Source: Candidatus Xenobia bacterium (GTDB lineage Bacteria; Vulcanimicrobiota; Xenobia; Xenobiales; QWHO01). From it: a DNA stretch of 64,000 nt. This document shows, piece after piece, positions 41,618 through 51,890 of the stretch. How positions within the stretch are numbered: the first letter of the stretch is position 1; the number at the start of each line of letters is the position of its first letter. Below the pieces are notes generated by a model, which saw only the letters and a program-made list of their open reading frames with translations, was not told the origin of the DNA and did not search any database. Position numbers and translations under genes: made by a program. The stretch lies in NCBI GenBank assembly GCA_045863235.1, contig BTUM01000018.1, positions 50,922-114,921 of the forward strand, given 5' to 3'.

Positions 41618-42832
41618 GTGCACATCCTGCTGGCCGACAAGCTCGATCCCCGCGCCATCGAGCTCTTCAAGCAACCCGGCGTTCAGCTGAGCAACCGCCC
41701 CGAGCTGGGCCCCGACGACCTGCCCGCCCACCTGGGCGACGTCGAGGTGCTGGTGGTGCGCTCCACCAAAGTCAACGCCAGGGCCATCGAGGCCGCCCCG
41801 CGTCTGGGCCTGATCATCCGGGCCGGCTCGGGGGTCAACACCATCGACGTCGAGGCCGCCTCGGCTCGAGGCATCTTCGTGGCCAACTGCCCGGGAAAGA
41901 ATGCGGCCGCCGTGGCCGAGCTGGCGGTGGGGCTGATCCTGTGCCTTGATCGGCGCATCTCCGACAACGTGGCCGATCTCCGGGCCGGCAAGTGGAACAA
42001 GAAGGAGTTCAGCAAGGCCGAGGGCCTGAAGGGGAAGTCGGTGGGTCTGATCGGCACGGGCCAGATCGCCCAGGAAGTCATGGCCCGCCTGCGTCCCTTC
42101 GGGGTGCGCTTCGTGGCCTGGTCACGGAGCCTCACCCCCGAGAAGGCTGAAGAGCTGGGAGTCACCCGCTGTGCCGACCGGCTGGAGGTGGCCCGCCACG
42201 CTGACATCGTCAGCGTGCACGTGGCTCTGACCTCCGATACGAAGGGCTTCCTCAACCAGGCGTTCTTCGAGGCCATGAAGCCCGGGGCGCTGTTCATCAA
42301 CACCTCGCGGGCCGAGGTGGTGGACCAGGCAGCCATGCTCAAAGCCCTGGAGGCCGGCAAGATCCGCGTCGGCACCGACGTCTTCGAGAGCGAGCCCTCG
42401 GGCGGGGCGGCCGAGTTCGTCAGCCCGGTCGCTCAGCATCCTCAGGTGGTGGGCACGCACCACATCGGGGCCTCCACCCAGCAGGCCGAGTTCGAGACGG
42501 GCGAGGAGGCGGCCCGGATCGCCAACGCTTACCTGACCGGCCAGCCCATTCCCAACTGCGTCAACCTGCGCGACACGCCGCCCAACAGCTATGGCCTGCT
42601 GGTACGCCACGAGGACCGGGTCGGCGTGCTGGCCGGCGTCTTCCAGACCCTCAAGGAAGAGGGTTTGAACGTTCAGGAGATGGAGAACCTGGTCTTCCAG
42701 GGGGCCAGGGCCGCCTGCGCCCAGATCTTGCTCGACAGCCCGGTCACCGAGAATGCTCTGGCACGGCTGGAGAAGTGCGACGGAGTGCTGTGCGCTCGCA
42801 GCACCGAGCCGCTGACGCCGGTCACGGCGTGA
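41618..42832 (+). CDS. serA: D-3-phosphoglycerate dehydrogenase-like enzyme with C-terminal ACT domain
   Basis: RAGSGVNTID, NAAAVAE, HHIGAST, ACT HEDRVGVLA; GGAGG SD before GTG 41618. Confidence 0.8.
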   Translation: MHILLADKLDPRAIELFKQPGVQLSNRPELGPDDLPAHLGDVEVLVVRSTKVNARAIEAAPRLGLIIRAGSGVNTIDVEAASARGIFVANCPGKNAAAVAELAVGLILCLDRRISDNVADLRAGKWNKKEFSKAEGLKGKSVGLIGTGQIAQEVMARLRPFGVRFVAWSRSLTPEKAEELGVTRCADRLEVARHADIVSVHVALTSDTKGFLNQAFFEAMKPGALFINTSRAEVVDQAAMLKALEAGKIRVGTDVFESEPSGGAAEFVSPVAQHPQVVGTHHIGASTQQAEFETGEEAARIANAYLTGQPIPNCVNLRDTPPNSYGLLVRHEDRVGVLAGVFQTLKEEGLNVQEMENLVFQGARAACAQILLDSPVTENALARLEKCDGVLCARSTEPLTPVTA

Positions 42833-43800
42833 GCCGTTCGGCCCAACTGGTCGAGCGCATCCTTCAGGGAGACCGCCGGGCCGCCGCCCGGGCCATCAGC
42901 CTGCTGGAGAACCACGCCCCCGAGGCGCGCGCCATCGCCGAGGGCCTGGCAGGGCATCGGGGCAAGAGCTTTCGGGTGGGGATCACGGGCCCCCCGGGGG
43001 CCGGCAAGTCCACCCTGGTGGACGGCCTGGCCCGCGAGCTGCGCAAGCGCGACCGCACCGTGGGGGTGGTCGCTGTCGACCCCAGCTCGCCCTTCTCAGG
43101 CGGTGCGCTGCTCGGTGACCGGGTGCGCATGGGCCGCGCCCTGGAGGATCCGGGCGTGTTCGTGCGCAGCATGGCCAGCCGGGGCACCATGGGCGGGCTG
43201 GCCCGCTCGGCCCAGGAGGCGGCCGACGTGCTGGACGCTCTGGGCAAGGACTGGCTCATTCTGGAAACCGTGGGAGTGGGCCAGAGCGAGCTGGCGGTGG
43301 CGGCAGCCTGCGACGTCACCGTGGTGGTGCTGGTGCCCGAGGCGGGGGGAGCGGTGCAGGCGATGAAGGCCGGCCTGATGGAGATCGCCGACCTCTTCGT
43401 GGTCAACAAGAGCGACCGCCCGGGCGCCGACGAGATGGTGGCTCAGCTGCGCGAGACGGCTCATTACCTGGACCGCGAAGGTTGGAAGGTTCCCATCCTC
43501 AAGGTCATCGCCATCCAGGAGCAGGGCCTGGAGGCCCTGCTCGACCGTCTGGAGAGCTACCGCGCCTGGCTGCAGGAGGGGGAACGGCTGGAAGAGAAGC
43601 GGCTGCGCCAGGCTGCCCTCCGGATTCGCGATCTGGTGCGAGCGCGGCTGGAAGAGCGTCTCTGGTTCGACCCCGAGGTCGATGCCGTCGTCCAAGAGAA
43701 CGCCCGGCACGTGCTCGCGGGGCAGCTGGCCGTGCACCAGGCCGCCATCAACGTGTGGGGAACGGTGCGCGAGCGCCTGACGAAGCTGGAAGGCATATGA
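42829..43800 (+). CDS. meaB: Methylmalonyl-CoA mutase-associated GTPase
   Basis: [40 protein letters not shown]. Confidence 0.95.
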   Translation: MSRSAQLVERILQGDRRAAARAISLLENHAPEARAIAEGLAGHRGKSFRVGITGPPGAGKSTLVDGLARELRKRDRTVGVVAVDPSSPFSGGALLGDRVRMGRALEDPGVFVRSMASRGTMGGLARSAQEAADVLDALGKDWLILETVGVGQSELAVAAACDVTVVVLVPEAGGAVQAMKAGLMEIADLFVVNKSDRPGADEMVAQLRETAHYLDREGWKVPILKVIAIQEQGLEALLDRLESYRAWLQEGERLEEKRLRQAALRIRDLVRARLEERLWFDPEVDAVVQENARHVLAGQLAVHQAAINVWGTVRERLTKLEGI

Positions 43801-44216
43801 GCGAAGCGCCTCTCAAGATCTTGATCGCCAAGGCCGGGCTCGACGGTCACGACCGGGGGGCCAAAGTGGTGGCCCGAGCCCTGCGCGACGCTGGCATGGA
43901 GGTCGTGTACACCGGCCTGTTCCAAACCCCCGAAATGATCGTGGAGGCAGCCATCCAGGAGGATGCCGACGCTGTCTGTCTGTCGATCCTGTCGGGCGCC
44001 CACATGACGCTGTTCCCGCGGGTCAAGGAGCTACTGGACAAAGAGGGCCTGCAGCACGTGCTGGTCTCGGGCGGGGGCATCATACCGGCCGACGACATGG
44101 TCGAGCTCCAGGCCCTGGGGATGGGCCGGTTGTTTGGCCCCGGCTCGGGGCTGGAGGAGATCATTTCCTACTTTCGCGAGGAGATCCCGCGCCGCCGGCT
44201 GGCGCGCAAAGACTGA
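43797..44216 (+). CDS. Methylmalonyl-CoA mutase cobalamin-binding subunit
   Basis: [12 protein letters not shown] (DxHxxG), SILSGAH, GGIIP. Confidence 0.93.
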   Translation: MSEAPLKILIAKAGLDGHDRGAKVVARALRDAGMEVVYTGLFQTPEMIVEAAIQEDADAVCLSILSGAHMTLFPRVKELLDKEGLQHVLVSGGGIIPADDMVELQALGMGRLFGPGSGLEEIISYFREEIPRRRLARKD

Positions 44217-44225
44217 GGAGGAGCC

Positions 44226-45356
44226 TTGAATATCCACGAGTACCAGGGGAAAGAGCTGATGGCCCGCTTCGGCGTGCCCACCCCGCGAGGCAAGGTGGCG
44301 GCCACGCCCGAGGAGGCGAAGGCCCACGCTGCGGAGTTTGGGGGTAAGGTGGCCGTCAAGGCCCAGGTGCACATCGGGGGCCGCGGCAAGGCCGGCGGCA
44401 TCAAGCTTGCCAGCTCGCCCGACGAGGCGCAGGCTCACGCCAGCAAGATCCTCGGGATGGACATCAAGGGCCTGACCGTGCACAAGGTGCTGGTGGAAGA
44501 GGCGCTGGAACTCGACAAAGAGTTTTATCTGGGCATCATCCTCGATCGCACCCGCTCGGCTCACTGCATCATGTTCAGCCCGATGGGCGGCATGGACATC
44601 GAGGAGGTGGCCGAGAAGCATCCCGATCAACTCAAGAAGGTGCACGTCAATCCCCTGCTCGGCCTGCTCAAGCACCAGGTGCGCGAGCTCGTCTACGCCT
44701 ATGACCTGCCCGATGCCACGCGCAAGGACCTGGCCAACTTCATCGAGACGCTCTACAAGCTCTACAGCGGCATGGACTGCCTGCTCTCGGAGATCAATCC
44801 GCTGGCCATCACCAAAGATGGCCGCATGATCGCCGCCGACGCCAAGTTCACCTTCGATGAGAACGCGCTGTTTCGCCACCCCGAGTTGGAAGAGCTGCGC
44901 GAGGTGGCCGAGTCGGACCCCTTCGAGCAGCGCGCTCATGAGGAACGCCTGGCTTACGTGCGGCTGCACGGTGAAGTGGGCGTGATCGGCAATGGGGCCG
45001 GCCTGGTGATGGGCACCCTGGATACGGTCAGCCGGGTGGGCGGCAAGCCCGCCAACTTCCTGGACGTGGGGGGTGGGGCTTCGGCCGTCGTGGTGACGAA
45101 GGCGCTCAGCCTGGTCAGCTCCGACCCCAATGTCAGGGGGGTGCTGTTCAACATCTTCGGGGGCATCACCCGGGGCGACGAGGTGGCCAGAGGCATCGTG
45201 CAAGGCGTCAAGACCGCCAACGTGACCCTGCCCATCGTGATTCGCCTGGCTGGCACCAACTCTGAGGAAGGGCGGGCCATTCTGGCCGAGGCCGGATACC
45301 AGACCGCCGCCACCATGGAGGAAGCGGCCGAGAAGATCGTGGCTCTGACCCGCTAA
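44226..45356 (+). CDS. sucC: Succinyl-CoA ligase beta subunit
   Basis: MNIHEYQGK, GGRGKAGG, NGAGL, NFLDVGGGA. Confidence 0.97.
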   Translation: MNIHEYQGKELMARFGVPTPRGKVAATPEEAKAHAAEFGGKVAVKAQVHIGGRGKAGGIKLASSPDEAQAHASKILGMDIKGLTVHKVLVEEALELDKEFYLGIILDRTRSAHCIMFSPMGGMDIEEVAEKHPDQLKKVHVNPLLGLLKHQVRELVYAYDLPDATRKDLANFIETLYKLYSGMDCLLSEINPLAITKDGRMIAADAKFTFDENALFRHPELEELREVAESDPFEQRAHEERLAYVRLHGEVGVIGNGAGLVMGTLDTVSRVGGKPANFLDVGGGASAVVVTKALSLVSSDPNVRGVLFNIFGGITRGDEVARGIVQGVKTANVTLPIVIRLAGTNSEEGRAILAEAGYQTAATMEEAAEKIVALTR

Positions 45357-45437
45357 GGCGTTCAACAGATTGTTTGCAGTCCCGCGCGTTTCAACTCTGA
45401 ACTTGTCCAAGCGCGGGACTGCAAGAAGGAGCGAACA

Positions 45438-46319
45438 ATGAGTATTCTGATCGACAAGAGCACACGCGTTCTGGTGCAGGGCATTACGGGCCGCGAGGGC
45501 GGCTTCCACACCCAGCAGATGATCTCGTACGGCACGAAGATCGTGGCCGGAGTCACCCCTGGAAAGGGGGGCCAGGAAGTCCTCAATGGCGTTCCGGTCT
45601 TCAACACTGTGGCTCAAGCGCTCAAGAAGACCGAAGTGGATGCCTCGGTGATCTTCGTGCCCCCGCCCCTGGCTGCCGACGCCATCCTGGAGGCGGCTCA
45701 CGCCGGGGTCAAACTGATCTGCTGCATCACCGAAGGGGTGCCCATTCACGATATGGTGCGGGTGCGGGCCGAAGTGGTGCGGGTGGGCGCCAGGCTGATC
45801 GGTCCCAACTGCCCGGGGCTGATCACTCCGGGGCAGTGCAAGATCGGGATCATGCCCGGCAGCATCTTCAGCGCCGGCAACGTAGGCCTGATCTCGCGCA
45901 GTGGAACGCTGACCTACCAGGCGGTGGATGCCCTCACCCGGGCCGGTCTGGGCCAGAGCACCTGCGTGGGCATCGGAGGCGACCCGGTCAACGGCACCCA
46001 GTTCACCGACCTTCTGCCTCTTTATGAGAAGGATTCTGATACCCGAGCCCTGGTCGTGATCGGCGAGATCGGCGGCAGCGCCGAGGAGGAGATGGCTGCC
46101 TGGCTGGGTGCGCACAAGGTTCCCGCGGTGGCCATGATCGCCGGGCGCACCGCCCCTCCCGGCAAGCGGATGGGACATGCCGGCGCCATCGTCAGTGGCA
46201 ACGTGGGCACGGCTCAGGCCAAGGTCGATGCCCTGCGCAAGGCGGGAGTGCCGGTCGTGGACACGACCGACGAGATGGTGGCCGAGATTCGGAAAGTGCT
46301 CCAGCCGGCCAAAGCTTGA
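45438..46319 (+). CDS. sucD: Succinyl-CoA ligase alpha subunit
   Basis: [19 protein letters not shown], phospho-His MGHAGA. Confidence 0.97.
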   Translation: MSILIDKSTRVLVQGITGREGGFHTQQMISYGTKIVAGVTPGKGGQEVLNGVPVFNTVAQALKKTEVDASVIFVPPPLAADAILEAAHAGVKLICCITEGVPIHDMVRVRAEVVRVGARLIGPNCPGLITPGQCKIGIMPGSIFSAGNVGLISRSGTLTYQAVDALTRAGLGQSTCVGIGGDPVNGTQFTDLLPLYEKDSDTRALVVIGEIGGSAEEEMAAWLGAHKVPAVAMIAGRTAPPGKRMGHAGAIVSGNVGTAQAKVDALRKAGVPVVDTTDEMVAEIRKVLQPAKA

Positions 46320-47215
46320 AGCCCCGCTACGTCACCGAGGAGGAGGTGGACCGGGTCGTTTCGGCCCGTCCCCTCACCGACGCGCTCGAGCAAGCCTTTC
46401 GCGCCCTGGCGACAGGGCAGGCCCGCCAGGCGCCGCGGTTGCGAGTCACCTCGCCTCCGCACGTGCTGCACAATCTCCCCGCCATCGCTCTGGGACGAGC
46501 CGGCATCAAGACCTACCTTTCCGGGCCGCAAGGCGTGACCATGGTGACGGTCGTGTTCGAGCTCGAGAGCGGGCGGTTGGAGGCCATCATCGAGTGCAAC
46601 CGGCTCAGCCAGCTTCGTACCGGCTGCGCCACCGCCCTGGCCACGCGCTATCTGGCCGAGCCCGGTCCTCAGCGCCTGGCTTTGTTGGGAGCCGGCACGG
46701 TGGCCCGCGGCCAGCTCGAGGCCCTGGCGGCCGAGCAGGAGCTGGCCGAGGTGCGATTGTTCAGCCCTCGCCCCCAGAGCCGCGATGATTTCGTGGGCTG
46801 GGCCCGGGAGAGGCTCTCGCTGGAGGTTCGTGCCTGTGCCAGCCCGACCGAGGCGCTGGAAGGAGCCAACCTGGTGGTGACCGCCACCAGCTCCGGAAAG
46901 CCGCTGGTCCAGGAGGCGATGCTGGCTCCAAAGTGCCACCTCAACGCCGTGGGCGCCAATCGGGCCGGGCGGCGCGAGCTGGCCTCCGAGGTAGTGTTGT
47001 CGAGCCAGCTTACGGTGGTGGACGATCTCGAGCAGGCCCGCATCGAAGCCGGCGATCTGCTCGAGGTAGCAGGGCTCGACTGGGGCCCGCTCGTGCCGCT
47101 GGCCTCCCTGGTGGCCAACCCCCCCACACAGCGACCGAGTAGAACTTTGTTCAAGTCGCTGGGTGTGGCCCTCGAGGACCTGGCAGCTGCCGCTTACGTC
47201 TTGCAGCTCCTCTGA
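46316..47215 (+). CDS. Ornithine cyclodeaminase / mu-crystallin family protein
   Basis: [31 protein letters not shown]. Confidence 0.9.
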   Translation: MKPRYVTEEEVDRVVSARPLTDALEQAFRALATGQARQAPRLRVTSPPHVLHNLPAIALGRAGIKTYLSGPQGVTMVTVVFELESGRLEAIIECNRLSQLRTGCATALATRYLAEPGPQRLALLGAGTVARGQLEALAAEQELAEVRLFSPRPQSRDDFVGWARERLSLEVRACASPTEALEGANLVVTATSSGKPLVQEAMLAPKCHLNAVGANRAGRRELASEVVLSSQLTVVDDLEQARIEAGDLLEVAGLDWGPLVPLASLVANPPTQRPSRTLFKSLGVALEDLAAAAYVLQLL

Positions 47216-47294
47216 GCCTGATCGGCTTCATGTCAGGCCTGGCGCGCCAAAATGGCTTGAGGTCGATTCAGTTAACAATTTTGATCGGCAACGC

Positions 47295-47324
47295 TTGCAA
47301 GCCATGAAGAGGGTGTGCTATACT
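47295..47324 (+). promoter_or_regulatory. Sigma70-type promoter
   Basis: TTGCAA-18 nt-TATACT with extended TG. Confidence 0.7.
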
Positions 47325-47330
47325 GCGGTT

Positions 47331-47500
47331 GGGCTCAGGCCCTACTGCAAAAAACCGCTTGCCGACGCCACTTCCGCGACTGCGAAGGGGTTTCGGAGAG
47401 GAGGAAGCCAGAAAGACCCGGCCTCAGGCGCCAGGCGCGCGCGAGGCCCGACCATCGGCGCGGGGCATCCGAGAGGATCGTCCGCAGCAACTTGTGGGAG
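47331..47500 (+). ncRNA. Candidate structured 5' leader RNA (family unassigned)
   Basis: Several nested or adjacent stems between the promoter and SD; see findings. Confidence 0.4.
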
Positions 47501-47508
47501 GAAAACGT

Positions 47509-47610
47509 ATGACCACGAATTCAGCTCTGTTCTGGGAGTTATTTGAATCCACCGGGTCGGTTACTGCCTACATTCTTTATCGCCAGGTCCTGGCTGAGCC
47601 CGAAACCTAA
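47509..47610 (+). CDS. YqzL-like small protein (33 aa)
   Basis: MTTNSALFWELFESTGSVTAYILYRQ matches the W..F..TG....YL.Y pattern; GGGAGG SD. Confidence 0.8.
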   Translation: MTTNSALFWELFESTGSVTAYILYRQVLAEPET

Positions 47611-47633
47611 GCGCAATTTTTGATAGATCTTCA

Positions 47634-47666
47634 AGACACCTCTCCTGTGAGAGGTGTCTGTTTATT
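47634..47666 (+). terminator. Rho-independent terminator after the YqzL-like gene
   Basis: AGACACCTCTC-CTGT-GAGAGGTGTCT plus GTTTATT. Confidence 0.8.
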
Positions 47667-47681
47667 CTCAGAGAACCTGCG

Positions 47682-48446
47682 GTGATGAAACTGTCGACCG
47701 CTCCTGTCGTCGCTGAAAAACTGTCCCTCTGGCTGGCTCTGACCTTCCTGCTGCTCGCCCCGGCCCTGGCCCAGAGCCGTGAGCTCAAACTGTCGGCCGA
47801 TCGGCTCGACTATGATGATGCCCATCACAGGGTGCGACTGGTGGGCAGCGTCCGGCTGGAGACCCCGGGAGCGGTGTTGACCTCACCTTATGCCGAGTAC
47901 AACACCGATACCCGGGTTGCCGAGATGTCCGGGGGAGTCAAGATGGTGACGAGCGACGCCACCGCCGTGGCCAGCCGGTTGACCGTCTACTATCCCGACC
48001 GACGAGCCGTGCTGGCCGGGAACGTTCGACTGGTCACCGACAAAGGTCCGGGCCAAACTCCGGCCACGCTTCTGGCGGACAACCTCGACTACTTCTGGGA
48101 AGCCGGCCTGGGGAACGCTCGGGGAGGGATTCAGGTCACCCAGGGCGAGCGGCGGGTCTATGCCGACCGGGCCACCTACCAGCGCGATCAGGCTACCGTC
48201 GATCTGGAGGGTGCAGTTCGCTTCGAGCAAGGGAAAGAAGGCTGGCTCACCGCCGATCGGGCCCGTCTCAACCTCGTTTCCGAGACCGTGAGCGCCTCAG
48301 GTGGGGTTTTCGCCCGGATGCTGGTGGACGAGCCCGAGCCCAGACCCCGCAAGCCTGGCTCGCTGCCGGCTCCCGAGGTTCTGGAGCCAGACCTGCCCCT
48401 GGAGAGTATCCAGGCCGCGCCCCCGGCTTCCCTGCCTGGCCTCTGA
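47682..48446 (+). CDS. LptA/OstA-like beta-jellyroll protein
   Basis: Signal peptide; repeated ADRLDY/ADNLDY/ADRATY and L.G.VR motifs. Confidence 0.8.
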   Translation: MMKLSTAPVVAEKLSLWLALTFLLLAPALAQSRELKLSADRLDYDDAHHRVRLVGSVRLETPGAVLTSPYAEYNTDTRVAEMSGGVKMVTSDATAVASRLTVYYPDRRAVLAGNVRLVTDKGPGQTPATLLADNLDYFWEAGLGNARGGIQVTQGERRVYADRATYQRDQATVDLEGAVRFEQGKEGWLTADRARLNLVSETVSASGGVFARMLVDEPEPRPRKPGSLPAPEVLEPDLPLESIQAAPPASLPGL

Positions 48447-48482
48447 TATACTGATCCCATCGACGCGGTCGAAGGGAGTCTC

Positions 48483-49235
48483 ATGAGAAATTGTCTCTTA
48501 ACGCTGGCCCTGGTTGCGGCGCTGGGGAGCGGGGCGGTGGCCCAGCCCCCGGTGAGCCCCCGTGCCAAGCAAGCCATCAAGGACGCCGCTAACACCAAGA
48601 ACGACGTCAACAATCAGATCAACAACACCAACAACGCAACCGCACCTCCCCCCGCCTCTAAACCTCCCAAAGCCCCCCCGCCGCCCAAAACGAGCGCCAG
48701 GCCGCCCGCCAAGACGACCGCCGCCCCGGCGGCCGCCCCCGCCGGGATGACCAACGCCGCTCACCAGGCCGCCCTGGCGGGCAACCTGGATGGGCTGAAG
48801 GCCTACGTGGGGCAAGATCTGACGAGGCTGCGAGCCAGAGACGATCAGGGCAACACCCCCCTCCACCTGGCCGCCTGGAAGGGCCACAAGGACGTGGTGG
48901 CTTACCTGCTCGAGAACAAGGTGGAGGTGATGGCGCTCGACCCGATGGGCGTTTCTCCCCTGCACCTGGCGGCCAGCAATGGCCATCGCGAGGTCGTGGT
49001 CATGTTGCTCGATGCCGGGGCTGATCCCAACGCGGTCACCCGGGACAAGGGCATGTCGGCTCTCCACCGGGCCGCGGGCTCCGGCCAGGCAGAGGTGGTC
49101 CGGGTATTGCTCGAGCGCGGGGCCCGGGTGGATCTGCCCGATCGCAGCGGTCAACTGCCTCTGGCCCTGGCCGAGCGCTACCAGCAGGGCGAGTGGCAGA
49201 CGGTGGTGGAGTTGCTCAAGAAGCAGCAACCCTGA
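48483..49235 (+). CDS. Exported ankyrin-repeat protein
   Basis: Signal peptide, Pro-rich linker, TPLHLAA / SPLHLAA / SALHRAA repeats. Confidence 0.9.
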   Translation: MRNCLLTLALVAALGSGAVAQPPVSPRAKQAIKDAANTKNDVNNQINNTNNATAPPPASKPPKAPPPPKTSARPPAKTTAAPAAAPAGMTNAAHQAALAGNLDGLKAYVGQDLTRLRARDDQGNTPLHLAAWKGHKDVVAYLLENKVEVMALDPMGVSPLHLAASNGHREVVVMLLDAGADPNAVTRDKGMSALHRAAGSGQAEVVRVLLERGARVDLPDRSGQLPLALAERYQQGEWQTVVELLKKQQP

Positions 49236-49347
49236 GTCCTCTGTTCGATTGGCTCGGCCTGCAGCTTTCGGGCCGAGGCGCGATTGCAGAGAGGCCACAG
49301 CGTTCGAAAGGTCTCCCAGCGGTCACCGTGGAACCTGCCCCCCCTCC

Positions 49348-50994
49348 ATGAAGCTTTGCTATTGGGTTCTCTTCCTCTTGCTCTCTGTCTCTCCGACCCT
49401 GGCTGAGTTGCCGCTGGCTTCGGCCGGCGCGGCCGGGGGCGAGAGCTTTGCCGACCGGGTGCTGGTCGCCCGGGCCTCTCTGCTCGAAGGCCGCGACCGA
49501 GCCCGCGCGGCCATGAGCGGCCTGCTCAGCATGCAAGCGACGAATGCTCTGGAACGAGCGGTCCTGGCTCGCGCTCTGGCCGAGGGAGCCATTCACTTCT
49601 CCGGCCAGGATGCCTCGTTATCGGCCAGTCTGGCCCAGCAGGCCGAGCGCCAGCTCGAGTTTCTTGGGCCCTGGCTGGCAGACTACCCGGCACTGATCAA
49701 AGTGCACGGATTCGAGGAGCCGGCCTGGTTGCGGGGCCAGTCCGATACCGTGGCGCACGCCCTGCTGGCCTGGGTGGCGGTGGACAAGCTCGACCCCCGC
49801 CCCGAGCGGCGTAAGACCATCCAGCAGTTCGCCGAAGGCCTGGTCTTGCTGCAGCGCAAGTCCACCCACCTTTATCCCTACGGGGCCCACGTCTCGTTTT
49901 ATCCCAGTCCCGAGCTCGAGCCTTATGCTCCCACCCCCGATGGCCAGCTTGTGCCGGGAGTCTCCTGGATCTTGCAGAACAGTCCCCAGGTCGAGGCCCT
50001 GGTGGCCGCTGGCACTCACCTCAGCAGCCCCAGTCTGATCCAGTCGGCCGAGGTGGAGGGGCTGGGCATGCTGGCCCACGTGGTGGCCTCCGGCAAGCTC
50101 GCCTACGGTTATCTTCCGCGGCCCCAGGATGGGGGGACGAGTCGAGGGGCCCTGGTCTTGATCGAGAACCTGGTCAGCCTGGAGAAGGCGACCGGAAGAC
50201 CGGTCTACGCAGTTCTGGCCGGACTGGCCGCGGGCTGGGCTCGACCGGGCTCGACGCCGGCCGAGCAGGCGGCCGCGCGGCTGGCCGACTCGCTCCTGAA
50301 AGGCCTGCCGGCCGAGCGCTACCGCCCTGTCGGCGAGGACCTCCAGCCCCCCTTCAGCTACCAGGTGATGGATGCCGAGAACGGCAAAGCGGTCATCAAG
50401 GCCTTTGACGTGATGGATGTGACCTACCCGGGAGGCTTCCCGGGCAAACTGGTCACGGTGGGTCGCGAGCAGATGTTCTGGATGCGCTTCGACGTCGACC
50501 GCGAGGACGAGTACTACTTCTACCTGGTCTGTCTCAAGACGACTCAGGCCGGGCTGGTCTCGGTGGCCATGCGCATCGACGGCGACAAGATCTTCACCGT
50601 GCAGCTCGGGGGAGCCACCGACAGCTCCTTCGTCGACCTGGCCTTCGTGGCCGGTCCCCGCCGCTTGAGGTCGGGCCCTCACAGCTTCGGGATTCGTTTC
50701 TCGGGCCTGTTGATGAAGCAGCCCGCCATCCTGGACGCGGTCATCGTGCAACCGGTGGTCGAGCGCCGCCTGGTCAAGCTCAAGGACGGCGATCATCTGC
50801 TCGTGCTCAAGAATCTCAAGCCCGAGGCCACGGCCACCGTGGTCACCGAGTGCGACCCCTCCCTGGCCCGGGTGGTGGCCTCGGTAGACGGCACCGGTCA
50901 GAGCTTCCAGCCCACCACCAGCGTCGACCGCAAAGGCAAGAAGCGCCTCAACCTCCCCGCCGGAGGCGTGGTGGCGTTGCAGTTTCGGAGGTAA
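49348..50994 (+). CDS. Exported hypothetical protein (helical N-half, beta-sandwich C-half)
   Basis: Signal peptide MKLCYWVLFLLLSVSPTLA; ends 2 nt before murQ. Confidence 0.7.
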   Translation: MKLCYWVLFLLLSVSPTLAELPLASAGAAGGESFADRVLVARASLLEGRDRARAAMSGLLSMQATNALERAVLARALAEGAIHFSGQDASLSASLAQQAERQLEFLGPWLADYPALIKVHGFEEPAWLRGQSDTVAHALLAWVAVDKLDPRPERRKTIQQFAEGLVLLQRKSTHLYPYGAHVSFYPSPELEPYAPTPDGQLVPGVSWILQNSPQVEALVAAGTHLSSPSLIQSAEVEGLGMLAHVVASGKLAYGYLPRPQDGGTSRGALVLIENLVSLEKATGRPVYAVLAGLAAGWARPGSTPAEQAAARLADSLLKGLPAERYRPVGEDLQPPFSYQVMDAENGKAVIKAFDVMDVTYPGGFPGKLVTVGREQMFWMRFDVDREDEYYFYLVCLKTTQAGLVSVAMRIDGDKIFTVQLGGATDSSFVDLAFVAGPRRLRSGPHSFGIRFSGLLMKQPAILDAVIVQPVVERRLVKLKDGDHLLVLKNLKPEATATVVTECDPSLARVVASVDGTGQSFQPTTSVDRKGKKRLNLPAGGVVALQFRR

Positions 50995-50996
50995 TC

Positions 50997-51890
50997 GTGC
51001 ACATCACCGAGTCGCGCCACCCGGACTCTCACAACCTCGATCAGATGCCCACCCTGGAGGTGGTGCGCCTGATGAACCAGGAGGACGCTCGGGTCGTGGA
51101 GGTGGTTGCCGAAGCCCTGCCAGCCATTGCCGCCCTGGTGGACAAAGTGGCCGAGCAGTTGCGCTCGGGAGGACGACTTTTCTATGTGGGCGCCGGCACC
51201 AGTGGCCGGTTGGGGGTGCTGGACGCCTCCGAGTGTCCGCCCACTTTCGGGACCGATCCCGAGATGGTGCAGGGCATTCTGGCCGGTGGATTGGAGGCAT
51301 GCGTGCGGGCGGTGGAGCACGCCGAGGATGACCCGAATGCCGCCTCATCCGAGCTTCGTTCGCTCAGTCTGGACGCGCGCGACGTGGTGGTTGGCATCTC
51401 GGCCTCCGGGCGCACCCCGTACGCTCTGGGCGCGGTGCGTTACGCGCGCGAGCTGGGCGTCCCCACCGGTTCCATCTGCTGCAACTCCGGCACGCCTCTC
51501 AGCCTGGAGGTCGATTTCCCCATCGTGTTGGAAGTGGGGGCCGAGGTGTTGACCGGCTCCACCCGCCTCAAGGCGGGAACGGCCACCAAGATGGCTCTGA
51601 ACATGATCTCCACGGCCGCCATGGTCAGGCTCGGGCGGGTGCTCGGGAACCTGATGGTGGACCTGCGCCCCAACAGCCAGAAGCTTCAGGTGCGCCAGGT
51701 TCGCAATGTGGCCGAGGCCGCCCGGGTCAGCCAGGAGGTGGCCGCCAGCTGCCTCGAGCAGGCTCAGGGCAACGTCCGGCTGGCCTCGGTGATGGCCGCC
51801 GGTGGGCTCACCCCAGCCCAGGCCGACGAGCTGCTCCAAGCCCATTCCGACTTGCGGGAAGCCCTGGAGGTCGCGCGCTCGCGTCGATGA
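50997..51890 (+). CDS. murQ: N-acetylmuramic acid 6-phosphate etherase
   Basis: GAGTSGRLGVLDASECPPTFG, GSTRLKAGTATK, GNLMVD. Confidence 0.96.
   Translation: MHITESRHPDSHNLDQMPTLEVVRLMNQEDARVVEVVAEALPAIAALVDKVAEQLRSGGRLFYVGAGTSGRLGVLDASECPPTFGTDPEMVQGILAGGLEACVRAVEHAEDDPNAASSELRSLSLDARDVVVGISASGRTPYALGAVRYARELGVPTGSICCNSGTPLSLEVDFPIVLEVGAEVLTGSTRLKAGTATKMALNMISTAAMVRLGRVLGNLMVDLRPNSQKLQVRQVRNVAEAARVSQEVAASCLEQAQGNVRLASVMAAGGLTPAQADELLQAHSDLREALEVARSRR

Noticed and set aside
47365..47425. Cobalamin riboswitch call
   Set aside because: Partial motif resemblance only; the conserved 5' GGGAA and T-loop region is absent and the downstream gene is not B12-related. Kept as an unassigned leader.
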